DNA of 64,000 bases from Mobula hypostoma (lineage: Eukaryota), in assembly GCF_963921235.1 (NCBI RefSeq), contig NC_086118.1:22570001-22634000 (forward strand), in the 5' to 3' direction. A model generated the notes under the pieces. The model saw nothing but the letters and a program-made list of their open reading frames with translations. It had not been told where the DNA came from and did not search any database. Numbering within the stretch: the first letter of the stretch is position 1; each line of letters starts with the position of its first letter. Positions 1 through 12,190 of this stretch are shown here, in pieces. Position numbers and translations under genes: made by a program.

Positions 1-98
1 GGTGTTTTTAGTGATGTTTTAGTCAAACTTCTTGCCTTTCTTAAAATTACCAGTGAGCTGCCACACACATTCGGTAGCGCCATCTTAACCAGAAAGTG
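1..98 (-). repeat. Probable 5' end of a non-LTR retroelement or derivative running off the window start
   Basis: Minus strand reads ...GGTTAAGATGGCGCTACCG. The YY1-type AAGATGGCG (78-86) is common at LINE 5' ends, and a similar AAGATGGTG opens the element at ~6216. No coding evidence. Confidence 0.3.
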
Positions 99-1386
99 TT
101 CTGCTTTAACTGCACTTGCCTTGATTTTCCGATTTTTAAAATTTAATTGTACTGCTGGATGGCCACATTTCTGATTTGGTAACTGTTTGGGTTGCAAACA
201 GTTCTCAAGAATGGAAACCTCTGATAATCTGGGGAGGACGTGTATCTTTTGAACAATGTTTCAAGTTCCATCTCTGACGGATCAAGATTTCACATTTGAA
301 GCCACTGTATTAGGTGAGTTTCCATTTTGTCCTGCAAACTCACCTAAACTTGTTAACTGAAAGACATCTACATCCTTCAACAAACCTGAAGGTAAACTAC
401 TGGCCTTCTCACTGATTTGTACTGTCATCAATGTATATTATGCATCTATCCAAGGAAGTTTACTTGCAAGGCAGTGCACTTAAATGATTTATGTGCTGAC
501 TCTTGCTGCAGGTTGGATGTTATGGAGAGCATGTAACATTATTATTTTGCTGAAAAGTAGGCGCACAACATAACTCTCCCGTCCAGTCACAATCACAATG
601 CAAGCATGAAATGAATAGAGAGGAAAATGCATCCATGTGTAAAGGTACACTGCATTATATATTACAGTGAGTAAAGTTTATGTCATTGCATTGAAACTTC
701 AGTTTCTCTGCAGCTCATCAAATTTCAGAGTCAATGATCCCAAAATTAGATTTTCCCTCTGAATAACCTATTCACTTCTAACTCCATTATTCTGATAATT
801 TATTGAACGTTTCCTTTCGAGGAATTATGCACATAGAATTGTATTAATGCAAGTGTAATGGTGTTTGAGAAGAAGTGAACTAACAATCGCTAAGAAATTC
901 ATCTGTGCCAGTGATTATTTTGGGCATGGGTGAGCTACCACACATCAACGATACACAGGGAGCAAAGAGTCGGGTATTACACAAGTCCAGAGCCAGGATA
1001 TAGACAACAAGCTTTGTTCGTGCACTGTCTGCGCACATGCTCTAAAGAAGGCACCAAAATTACAATGCAAGGATACATTCTTTAATGAATTAATGTCCTT
1101 ACTTGATTACTCACCACATTTCTGACACAAAATCACTTTCTCCTGTTCCAAAAATTAGCCTTTCACTATCTTTGAACCAGTTATATTTTGATTTGCACGG
1201 GGCAAAATTTGTCAGATGTTTCTGAACCAACTTCCAACAGGTGCATTTTACACTCACCAATTGCATCATCTGAGATGTTGCAACTTCACCCATCCTTTAA
1301 ATCTCCAGGTTATGGTTAACTTCAAAGAACATGTCCATTCATTCATAGTCATAGGGGACAGAGATCAGGTTGGAAGCGATAGTCAT

Positions 1387-3240
1387 AGAAAAACATAGAA
1401 AAAAATAGGTGCAGGAGTAGGCCATTCGGCCCTTCGAGCCTGCACCGCCATTTATTATGATCATGGCTGATCATCCAACTCAGAACCCTGCACCAGCCTT
1501 CCCTCCATACCCTCTGATCCCCCTAGCCACAAGGGCCATATCTAACTCCCTCTTAGATATAGCCAATGAACTGGCCTCAACTGTTTCCTGTGGCAGAGAA
1601 TTCCACAGATTCACCACTCTCTGTGTGAAGAAGTTTTTCCTAATCTCAGTCCTAAAAGGCTTCGCCTTTATCCTCAAACAGTGACCCCTCGTTCTGGACT
1701 TCCCCAACATCGGGAACAATCTTCCTGCAACTAGCCTGTCCAATCCCTTTAGGATTTTATACGTTTCAATCAGATCCCCCCTCAATCTTCTAAATTCCAA
1801 CGAGTACAAGCCTAGTTCATCCAGTCTTTCTTCATATGAAAGTCCTGTCATCCCAGGAATCAATCTGGTGAACCTTCTTTGTACTCCCTCTATGGCAAGG
1901 ATGTCTTTCCTCAGATTAGGGGACCAAAACTGCACACAATACTCCAGGTGTGGTCTCACCAAGGCCTTGTACAACTGCAGTAGTACCTCCCTGCTCCTGT
2001 ACTCGAATCCTCTTGCTATAAATGCCAGCATACCATTCGCCTTTTTCACCGCCTGCTGTACCTGCATGCCCACTTTCAATGACTGGTGTATAATGACACC
2101 CAGGTCTCGTTGCACCTCCCCTTTTCCTAATCGGCCACCATTCAGATAATAATCTGTTTTCCTATTTTTGCCACCAAAGTGGATAACTTCACATTTATCC
2201 ACATTAAATTGCATCTGCCATGAATTTGCCCACTCACCCAACCTATCCAAGTCACCCTGCATCCTCTTAGCACCCTCCTCACAGCTAACACTGCCGCCTG
2301 GCTTCGTGTCATCCGCAAACTTGGAGATGCTGCATTTAATTCCCTCATCCAAGTCATTAATATATATTTGTAAACAACTGGGGTCCCAGCACTGAGCCTT
2401 GCGGTACCCCACTAGTCACTGCCTGCCATTCTGAAAAGCTTCCGTTTATTCCCACTCTTTGCTTCCTGTCTGCTAACCAATTCTCCATCCACATCAATAC
2501 CTTACCCCCAATACCGTGTGCTTTAAGTTTGCACACTAATCTCCTGTGTGGGACCTTGTCAAAAGCCTTTTGAAAATCCAAATATACCACATCCACTGGT
2601 TCTCCCCTATCCACTCTACTAGTTACATTCTGAAAAAATTCTATGAGATTCGTCAGACATGATTTTCCTTTCACAAATCCATGCTGACTTTGTCCGATGA
2701 CTTCACCACTTTCCAAATGTGCTGTTATCACATCTTTGATAACTGACTCCAGCAGTTTCCCCACCACCGACGTTAGGCTAACCGGTCTATAATTCCCCTG
2801 TTTCTCTCTCCCTCCTTTTTTAAAAAGTGGGGTTACATTAGCCACCCTCCAATCCTCAGGAACTAGTCCAGAATCTAACGAGTTTTGAAAAATTATCACT
2901 AATGCATCCACTATTTCTTGGGCTACTTCCTTAAGCACTCTGGGATGCAGACCATCTGGCCCTGGGGATTTATCTGTCTTTAATCCCTTCAATTTACCTA
3001 ACACCACTTCCTTACTAACAAGTATTTCGCTCAGTTCCTCCATCTCACTGGATCCTCTGTCCCCTACTATTTCTGGAAGATTATTTATGTCCTCCTTAGT
3101 GAAGACAGAACCAAAGTAATTATTCAATTGGTCTGCCATGTCCTTGCTCCCCATAATCAATTCACCTGTTTCTGTCTGTAGGGGACCTACATTTGTCTTT
3201 ACCAATCTTTTCCTTTTTACATATCTATAAAAACTTTTAC
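1387..3240 (-). mobile_element. 5'-truncated young CR1 LINE (ORF2 RT region plus 3' UTR) with one frameshift
   Basis: ORFs 2357-3262 and 1480-2412 join into CR1 ORF2 ([60 protein letters not shown]). One extra base near 2367-2369. TTCTATG-type tail at ~1385-1400. AGTCAT at 1381-1386 and 3241-3246 is the TSD. Confidence 0.95.
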
Positions 3241-3440
3241 AGTCATGGATCAGAAAAAACATGCACAGTAAGGGTATGAAAGCAGTTGACAGCTGGGGGC
3301 GTCAGTTCAGTTGTCAGATGTGTGGAGGTCAGTGAACCAGGCTCCTGATTGGTGATGGGTTAGAGATCAGAGGACATGAGGTTTGGAAGGTCAGTGGATG
3401 TATCTAAGGAAATGGGCAGTGGTAAGAGGGAAGTTTCAAA

Positions 3441-3580
3441 TCATAAACATAAGAGATTCTGCAGATGCTGGAAATCAAGAGCAACACACACTCAAAATGC
3501 TGGAAGAATTCAGCAGATCACAGAACATCTATGGAGGGAAATAAACATTCAACATTTTGGGCTGAGACCCTTCATCATGA
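3441..3580 (-). mobile_element. Solo Penelope-like terminal repeat (pLTR) fragment with decayed hammerhead core
   Basis: Matches the 3' end of the PLE at 60350-60486 in reverse (CACAC..AAAATGCTGG..CTCAGCAG..CATCTATGG..GAGACCCTTCATCA). Confidence 0.75.
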
Positions 3581-3809
3581 TAAGAGTGCATAGTGGATGT
3601 GAGAAGTCAGATGAAGGTTGAGACATGTACAGAGTAGAAGGCCATTCATTACCAGAGATTGTTGAAGTGCTGGAGAGTCGGTAAGTAAATGAATTAAAGG
3701 AGATCTATCCAAGTTGGGTTCTCGGAACCAGGTTGAACCTTCTCAAGATCATACAGCAGCAGAGGAAGCTCTGTCATTAAAAACTGATTTCTCCATATAT
3801 GTTATAACA

Positions 3810-4140
3810 TGGAAGAAAGTCGTTGAAACCATTGAATCTATACTGGTTCTCAGAGCATTACCATCCATCTTATTCCCCCACTTATTTCCTTGTAATCTGT
3901 TTCTCTCCCACCAGCGCCCCCTTCCCTCCCCATCAGCCCACTCACTTCTGTCTCACAAAAATTTTCCTGCCATCTGTCTACTCTTGGGGCAATATACAAT
4001 AGTTAATTAACCTACCAGCATGTCTTTGGGATATTGAAGGAAATCAGAGTATTTAAGGGGAAATTCACACAGTAAAAGAGAGCACATTGACAGCACTGGA
4101 GATCAGCACTATCTGCCTGCACAAAATGAGAGGTGCCCCT
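3810..4140 (-). repeat. Degenerate SINE (V-SINE-like with CR1-type tail)
   Basis: AATTAACCTACCAGCATGTCTTTGGGA..GGAAATCAGAG resembles the reverse of the SINE core at 34100-34200. Boundaries are approximate. Confidence 0.45.
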
Positions 4141-5967
4141 TTTAACGATGTGACCTATTGTTTCCCAGCAATGTTCTGAATAAGCTTTGCACTCCAACTG
4201 ACATCATTAAGCATACATACAATGTCAAAAACTTGTTCACGCAAGCACAATTCCTGACAAGAAATCCCCATGTAGTTCAATTCAACCTGAAATTACATTT
4301 CATTCCGGAAAAACATCAATTTTCATACATGCTTCAAATTCCAGATATATCAGATATATCTTTTAATGACTTTGAACTGTCTGTAATTTTTCATTTTGAA
4401 AACATAACATATTTGAGATATTGCTAACATATGAGCAACGAGTTTCTTTTATTATTTTGAGGTTCTCTTTCAATGTGCTCTCTATTACCAATGTGTCCTG
4501 TTCTCATGAAAGCCACACAGCTTAGTGCTGAGCTATAGTACTGTCAATGTGCTCTCTTTTACTCTTGTGAATTTCTCCTTAAACGCTCTGATTTCCTGAT
4601 AACCACAGCCAGAAGGAAAGGCCGCCTAGTAACCACACATAATGGATTATAGGTGTGAGGTTACCTCCCCGTCACTACCCAATGGGATTAATGGATATTA
4701 TATTGTGGACAGTAAACCCATAACCTCCTCAGAGAAATGGCCAGTGGACAAGTCACTCTGCCCACAGCCGACCTTGCCAAACTCAGTACTACACAGAAGG
4801 TTCTAAACATTTTCTGAACCCTTTGAGGAGAATGGAATATTGTTCTACTTCCAGGGCACGTTGAATTGTTTGTCTCTTCTAATGCCACACAGTTACAACA
4901 TTATCGAGGGGACTATGAATGGTTCTTTTTCCAAATGTGCTGACATCTCAAATATAGCCACTCTGAAGCTGCCAGCTCATCGCCTGCTAATGTGTGTCTT
5001 ACATTTTGCTTATTTTCTTACAACACACGTCAGGTGCATGCTGGGACACAACGCAATCCCACTAGTCCTTTCACCCCATTACTTCTCTGCAACCTATTGT
5101 CTCTCTCACACCACAATATCTCCCCACTGAGTTTCTGTCTCATAGAAACTGGATTAGCATCATCTTTACCTGATTTTGCTGAAGTCCTTTTTGGCCAATA
5201 GTACAGGAGATTTTCATGTTCATCTGCATGGATTGGGTTTAAACAGGGGGCTCTGGAAATAAAATGGACTGCTGGGACAACTAGTCCTCTATGGTGGCAT
5301 TGGTATTAAACTTGCCTGATGCCAATGGCTTAGTCACAAACTAGGCACAAGGGAGTTTACTAATCTTCAGCGATAACTTCACATATTGTAGCATTTAGGA
5401 TTTTGTTTATGTAAAGTGAAAATCTTTTACTGTGCAATAAGTTTCCAATTATGTTTAAAATCACTAAATATCTTATGGGAATTCAGTGACTGTTTTCCCT
5501 GTTCCTAAAATTCTCTCATTTTGGTGCTTACATTTGAAATTAGTTTGGTTCACACAAATGTGGAACCGTAATAGGAAATTTAATTAGCTGCTGCCTTGAA
5601 CCTTCTCTGAAGTAAAGCAACAATTTCACCCTGTAATTTAAGTGCTGAAAGTGAGCAGGATATCGCAATAGAGAAATGTGCACATAATCATCCTCCTCTG
5701 CCAAACAATGGTGCAGCACCATCATATTTACAGCTCATTAAACTGATAATAAATCACAGAAGGTTTGCTTAAAGGCACACTTCGAGCTATTGTTCAGTAA
5801 AATTGCGGTTGATGGGAAATTTTGCAATTTCGTAAATCATCTTCCTTCCTCAAATTTCGCCCCCCCCCCTACTTTTCTGAGGACAGTAATTTTGGCCAGT
5901 GTAAATTTTTGCAGATAGTCAGTTGGTTTAAGTGGTTTATGTAATGTACACAAGTATTGCTAGGATC

Positions 5968-6170
5968 CCTTAGCAAGTTAGGCAGCATCTGTGAAGAGAG
6001 AAATGAAGCTAATATTTCAGGTCAAAGACCTTGCACCAGATCTAATGAGAAAAGGCCATTGATTGCAAACATTAACTTTGTTTCTCTCTGTAGCTGCTAC
6101 ATGACCTGCTGAGAATCCCCCAAATTCTCTGTTTTTATTTCAGATTTTCAACACCTGCAACCCTTTTTGC
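5968..6170. repeat. Old fold-back of two opposed PLE pLTR-like fragments
   Basis: AGCAAGTTAGGCAGCATCTGTG..TTTCAGGTCAAAGACC followed by the opposite-sense TGACCTGCTGAG..CAGATTTTCAACACCTGCA. Confidence 0.55.
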
Positions 6171-6207
6171 TTTGGCCTTATTTAAATATTTTTTGAATAT
6201 TGCAGGA

Positions 6208-6996
6208 CAAAGGACAAGATGGTGTCAGAGGCTTTTGCAGAACTGTTTGACTTCTTCCAGTTCATTCTCGAAACTGTTTAAATTTTCTCTTCTCATGTCT
6301 ATTTTTTTTCAAGGTGGCTGGTGTTGTGTTGGAGTCCGCGATCTACAGCTGTGCTCAAACTACGTTCTTCACGGGCAGTGGGTTCTCGTTCTTGGAGCTT
6401 GCTGAGTGGCCTGTATTTCAGTACCTCCAGGAGCAGCAGGGGAGATGTGCACCTTCGGAGCGTGGCCCTGGGGATGACTCAGTTGCTCGCCGAAATCACC
6501 AACTGAAGCATCACAGGAGGTTGAAACATTGAGACAGCGGATACAGGTGTTGGAGGCCTCTGCACTCGAGCGATCTCTCACTCTCTCTCTCTTTCAATGG
6601 TGAGTGAGAGTCTGCTGGCTCTGAGTTGGGGGAGCTCGAACAAGCAAAGCTGCAGATTGTAACATGGAAACAGCGAGCTGTTCACCTCCCTTCCCACTGT
6701 GGCAGGAGCGATGTCTCTCCCTCCCCCGTTAATGAGAGGGAGAGCCTGTCCGAGATGTTGACGTCTTGGGATGGACAATAGTTTTTGATGGACAACAGAT
6801 CGTGGTCTCTTGGGGCTTGTTATTGTTTACATGGTAGGGGATGGTGGTTTGATGTTTACTGGAGCATGCGAGGGGGGAGGGTTGATGCTTTTGCTACTGC
6901 TTGTGCGTGGGAGGGGGAGGCAGGGCTTTGCAAAGTGTAAGAATTTCAGGTTGTATACCATATACATTCTATGATATTAAACTGAACCACTGAACA
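6208..6996 (+). mobile_element. Non-autonomous non-LTR element with short tandem-repeat tail (family shared with 51771-52160)
   Basis: Starts near AAGATGGTG and is GC-richer than its flanks. The 3' end GTGTAAGAATTTCAGGTTGTAT..GATATTAAACTGAACCACTGAAC recurs in reverse at 51771-51832. Confidence 0.6.
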
Positions 6997-7665
6997 TCAG
7001 GAACTTCAAGTACTGTCGGCCTACCCCATCAATGAGTCGCCCGTTGGTGGAGGAGCAGGACTTGGTGTGGGCTGCGTCGCTGCCTCCTACAGAGAGGTGC
7101 CAGAGTAGGTGTGCAGTCTAACTGCAAATGATTGTCTTAGTTGTTCTTCTGGTGATCACAAGACCCTGTTGGACAACCACAACGTGGAGTGCTGCAAGTC
7201 CACATCACTGGTTTATTGGTGGGGCCGACGGTGGGGGAGGCGCGTGGCCTCACTTGTGTATGGACTAGGCCTCAGGCTGTGTGTCGCCTGTTTGCGGCCA
7301 CTCATGAGAGAGGCATCGGAGTCAGCGCCCGGCGGTGGTGTGGTTTGGCATCCATGCTGGTGTTGGTGCTGCCCTCTAGTGTCCACTCAGTGTAAGACAA
7401 GTTGGATTGAATACGTCAGCAGACTGCTGCAGGCTTGCTTTTGTAGACAACATTCATGGACTCAGAGACTTTGGGTATACTATATATATTTTTTATGTGA
7501 CTGTATGTTTACTGCTATCTTATATGTGCTATATGTGCCTTGTACTGTGTATGACTGTTGATGCTGCAAATTGCACCTTGGCCCTGGCGGAATGTTGTTC
7601 TGTCTGGCTACATTCATGGCTATTTGTGTATGTTTCAAAATGACAATTAAACTTGAACTTGAACT
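6997..7665 (+). mobile_element. Non-autonomous retroelement ending in ATTAAA plus (CTTGAA)n tail
   Basis: GC-rich 5' part. Ends ACAATTAAACTTGAACTTGAACTT, a Rex/Babar-like tail. No recognisable ORF. Confidence 0.5.
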
Positions 7666-9619
7666 TAATGGGTACAACAGAACCGAAAGAAGTCAAACCT
7701 CTAATTGAAGAGGCATTGTGACCAATCCAGCCTTTAACCAATGGGTTCATTTCCAGTTCCAGCAACCACCTTCAGAAATATAATTACAATTACATTAATT
7801 CAAGCTATGACATCTCTCAAACTGATTGTAGAACAGGATTTTCAAATAATTTGTTTTAAATACAAGATAGTGAGGGGACAATACCCAAAGCAAATCACAC
7901 AAAATTAGATGATGGCTGAATGGAAACTGATGGAGGACTGAGAGTGAAATTTCATATGAAAAGTAAGGACTAGAACAGGGGAATTTAAAGGTAAATACTG
8001 GACAGAAGAGGGCTTAATTCAGTCATCTTAGCAGTTCGTTAAAAATGTTGAGGTAGCGACATCAGTTATAATTTCATACCTCCTTCCTATTATAATTTGT
8101 TCACAAATATTTGAACAATTTAAGCAATTTTGTCATTTTTCCACTAGTGAGGCTTCTGAGTTGATTACTTGATAGTTCTGCATTCAGCAGTTCTTCCATC
8201 AGGATATATACCTGTGATTTTCCTCATCATCTTTCATTCTTTTGCTGAAATTGACACTCTGGCTCTGCAGGCTTGCTTCAGAATTACACTTCCCACCATT
8301 GGTACTTTATTTTGGTCCTTGAGGAAGGATTCACCTGTAAGTTTCTTTGCACAGCAGCTGTGTAAAGAAAAAGACATAGGGTATATTTTGTACGCTCAAT
8401 CCACCCTTATTATTAGTGTGTCAGTAAATATAAACTTCATGATTAAATTCAAAAACAAGGAAATTGTCGGTTTGTGTCAGTGGCAAATCCACCCATCATC
8501 AATATCTGACTTCCGTCAAGTGTGAATGAATTCCCCACCTCCCCTGGTATCCTCCGTGTAAAAAGTTGAAATCTTTTCTTAGTGTTAGCTAAAAAGCAAA
8601 GGTCTGCCAATATGGTGTTTGACGCTATTTTGTGCAGAAACAAGAAAGAGAATGGAAATCGATGAAGTTCCGAGTCCAATATCCCATCGTTACTGGACTC
8701 TCCCGTGGCTAATAAACTATTCTTGGGCTTCCGGCCGGGTACGGGTACTGATTTTTAGGTTAAAATCGATACCTGTACCTGGCTGGAAGTCTGAGAAGAG
8801 CTTATTCATCATATACGCTGGGAAAGCACCAGATTCTTTATTCCACGGTTACTACCCCGTTTCCACAGCACACTGGTGTAGGTCATAGGGCACATCGATA
8901 CTGTTTTCTTGTTATAGATGTAAATTTAAAGAGTTATGTGAAAACCTAAACATCAGCAACAATCTTTCAGAAAGAATACCATCTGCTAAATATGTAGCTC
9001 ATCCAAAAGATGTTTCAAAAAGTTAAATTAAATATAAATGAAATTTCCTGTAAGAGACAGCCACTGTAACTTGATAATTCATGTTATGTTTTCATCTTTG
9101 TCGACATTTCAGCGGGACAAAATCCATCATTTATCAACTGCAGAAGATGCTGAGGGAAATGAGTCTCTCCGTGTCTGAAGATGAATGTATACATTAATGG
9201 TGATACATCAACTTGATTGATATTAGATAATCTAACTCTGTTGCGAAAAAGACAAATATGAGAAAGCTGTAGTATTTCCATATTTCTTAATTGAGCAATA
9301 TTACATAACACATATATCCATTTTAATTTGTTGCCCATTTGTACCCAAAAACACTCAAAAACTTGTGCAATACAATTACATGAAAAAATTAATCATGTTT
9401 TTAGAAACAAATATAAATGCTCCCTTTTCACATAAAAGTAAGCTTGAGGCATGGAAATAAGCCAAGGCAAGGTAATTTTTTTTGTCAAATCGTTGCAGCT
9501 GAATAAATGGCATTCAGATAATTATCCTTCTGAGAAGTTAGACTGCCAACCCTGTTCTGAGTTTGAACAGTTATTTAATTTATCTGCTGAACAAGCTCTT
9601 CGAGTGGCATAAATATTTG

Positions 9620-9888
9620 TTTTTAATTTTATTTTTTAAGTTTATTGAGATACAGCACAGAATAGGCCCTTTGAGCCATGCCAACCAGCAATTCCTCAGT
9701 TTTTAATCCTAGCCTAATCATGGGACAATTATCATTGACCAATTAACCTATCAGTTGGTACATCTTAGGTCTGTGGGAAGATACTGGAGCAGCTGGAGGA
9801 AACCGGGTTGGTCACTGCCAGAATGTACAAGCAATTGAAACAAGTTATCTGTACTGTAAAGTGTTGTGCTAACCGCTACACTATCATG
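9620..9888 (-). mobile_element. tRNA-derived V-SINE (HE1-like) with CR1-type tail
   Basis: Minus strand begins ATAGTGTAGCGGTTAGCAC (A box), has core CCCGGTTTCCTCCAGCTGCTCCAG, and ends CTGTGCTGTATCTCAATAAAC. Same family as 34018-34255. Confidence 0.7.
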
Positions 9889-9892
9889 TGTG

Positions 9893-10600
9893 AGAAATAG
9901 AAGTAGCAGCTAGTCATCCAGCTTTTTCACCATTCCACAAGATCATGGCGGATCTTCCACTCAACACCATGTTCTTCATCTTTGTCTGTATCCCTTGATT
10001 CCTCTCACATTTATAAACCTATTCATCTCTGCTCTGAATGTAATCAATGATTGAGTCTCCACAGGCTTTCGAAATAAGCCAACTCCAAAAGCTCACCTTC
10101 CTCTGAGTGACGAAATTTCTCCTTCAATAAGTCTGAAGTAGCCTACTGTTTAATTTTAAGCAATGACTCCATTTCTTTACTCCTGAGGCAGCAAAGCACC
10201 CTTTCGTATCTTCCAGTTTGAGCTTTCCAATTATTGGTAACACCTGTGTGTAAGAAATAATAACATAAACTACTCATGCAGCCCTTTGAGCCTCGTTTGG
10301 CATTCATTAAGATCACAATTGATCTTTCACCTCATCATCATTTTCCAGCGCAGTCCAAACATCTTTTCATCCCCCAATGTCCAGATATCAATCGATTCAT
10401 ATTTTGGATGAACATGATAACTGAGCCTGTGTAGCTCACAGTGGCACATGGTTCCAAACATGTACCAGTCGCTGAGTAAAGCAATTTCTGTCCCATCAGA
10501 TCGACTGCAAGTTCTGAAACTGTGACCCCAGTCCTCAAGTACTCACCTGGGGGGAAATTATTTCCTTGCATCTAGTCTTTCAAACTCCTTAAGAATGTAA
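9893..10600 (-). repeat. Old CR1 3'-end remnants (two pieces)
   Basis: Degenerate matches to the CR1 tail at 1390-1760 (CATTCCACAAGATCATGGCGGATC, CTCTGAGTGACGAAATTTCTCC). Confidence 0.6.
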
Positions 10601-10605
10601 CATTT

Positions 10606-11310
10606 TGTCAGTACCTCCAGTTGAACTCTGCCTTTTTGTGTGTTTCCCCCTAGCTGTCAGTCTGTGGTTTTGTATTGCCATGTGCTCCTGTCCCCGATCC
10701 TGCTCTGCTCCGGCCCCTGTATTACTGAGTACTCCGTCTCTCACCTGTTTCTCATTATTACCTGTTTTGCTGTCACCTGTGTCTCATTGTGCTCCACCTA
10801 TCATCTGCCTCTCTGTTTATTGCTCAGTGTATTTCAGTCCTGTGTTTTCACCTCTTTGTTGCCAAATTGTACCAGTGAATTTTCCTGAGCCTTTCCAGCA
10901 TTCGTATCTGTACTCTGTCTGTCTGTAGATCGACTCTGCCTGTTTCCTGATTCTGGTTTTCGGATTTCTCTGGATTATTTGATCTCTGCCTGAACTTTGA
11001 CGCCGACTTTGTTTGCACCTTGGGATTTGTTACTCAATTATAACCATATAATATAATATAACCATATAACAATTACAGCACGGAAACAGGCCATCTTGGC
11101 TCTTCTAGTCCGTGCCGAACTCTTACTCTTACCTAGTCCCACCGACCTGCACTCAGCCCATAACCTTCCATTCCTTTCCCGTCCATATAGCTATCCAATT
11201 TAACTTTAAATGACAACATCGAACCTGCCTCAACCACTTCTGCTGGAATTAATATCACTGTGTGCACAGTAGTGGGTCTGTGATTGGATCCCTGCTCTAG
11301 CGTCCTGACA
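10606..11310 (+). mobile_element. Probable solo LTR interrupted by a CR1 tail
   Basis: Termini TGTCAG...CTGACA (TG..CA, inverted) with a pyrimidine-rich body. No clean TSD. Confidence 0.6.
11041..11246 (-). mobile_element. Short CR1 3' end nested in the LTR
   Basis: Reverse complement of the CR1 end at 24640-24830 (GGTTATAT tail). AATTA is duplicated at 11036-11040 and 11247-11251. Confidence 0.85.
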
Positions 11311-11484
11311 GATGTTTAGATTTTGTATTGTTTTTCTCTCTTTGGGATACATTTTTGTTTTACTGATGAGTCAAACATGGACAGGGATACCCGCTGAATA
11401 ATACTTTACTGTATCCCTCAGTTGATGAATCTGTGCTCATCCACACTGAACTACACTTAAAGGAAATACTTTACCATTACTATC

Positions 11485-12190
11485 AAACTGGACGATCAAC
11501 CTTGGTTCAATGAGAACTGCAAAAATATGTTGGAAATGGCACCAGTCAGCCTTAATAATGAAGACACTTCAGCCTAGTGAAGCTGTAATACTGTACTACA
11601 CTATGCTAGATAACATACAATAGCATTTTGAGTACAGAGTTTCAATCTGAATCGTTCCTGATCTTTTGTCTCCATAAATGCTGCCTGACTTGTTGAGTTC
11701 CTCCAGTTTTTTGTGTATTCCTACACCATGCAATAGTGAGTTAGCAGGCAACAGATCGGATTGAAGCTTTGAAGACCTACTAGATCTAGTCATCAATGGA
11801 GATAAGTGAGTGGAGGAGTTACTAAGAATATCCCATTTGAAAAAGGGTCTCAGATCTGAAACATTGACTCTGTTCCTCTCACCACTGCCTGATCTGATGA
11901 GTGTTTGCAGCATTTTCTGTATTTACTTCGGATTTCCAGCATCTGCAGTTGCACTTTGGTCTTTGTTTAGAGCTAAGTAGATCCATCTTTGCGTTTTACT
12001 TCGGTCCCCATCATTTCAGAAGGTATCTTCAGCCAGCCCAACTCATTCCAAATCAAGGAGTGGCTGAGAATATTGGATGCAGCATAGGCTGTAGGACTAG
12101 AAAACACCTTAGTTGTAATACTGAAGACTTGTGTTCCAGATCTATCTATTGCCCATTATCAAGTTGTTCCAGTGCATTTACAATATTGGG
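11485..12190 (+). repeat. Ancient CR1-like ORF2 remnant with inserted pLTR fragments (~11630-11730, ~11835-11955)
   Basis: Degenerate coding for DQPWFNE and VVILKTCVPDL-like segments. The pLTR pieces contain GATGCTGCCTGAC/TTCCAGCATCTGCA-like motifs. Confidence 0.5.

Noticed and set aside
1457..2395. Plus-strand ORFs 1457-1684, 1868-2149, 2168-2395
   Set aside because: Antisense shadows of CR1 ORF2.
7109..7765. 150-aa ORF and overlapping ORFs
   Set aside because: Inside a non-autonomous repeat; no domain or splice support.
8169..8525. 118-aa hydrophobic ORF
   Set aside because: Non-ATG start, no recognisable family, explained by T-rich composition.
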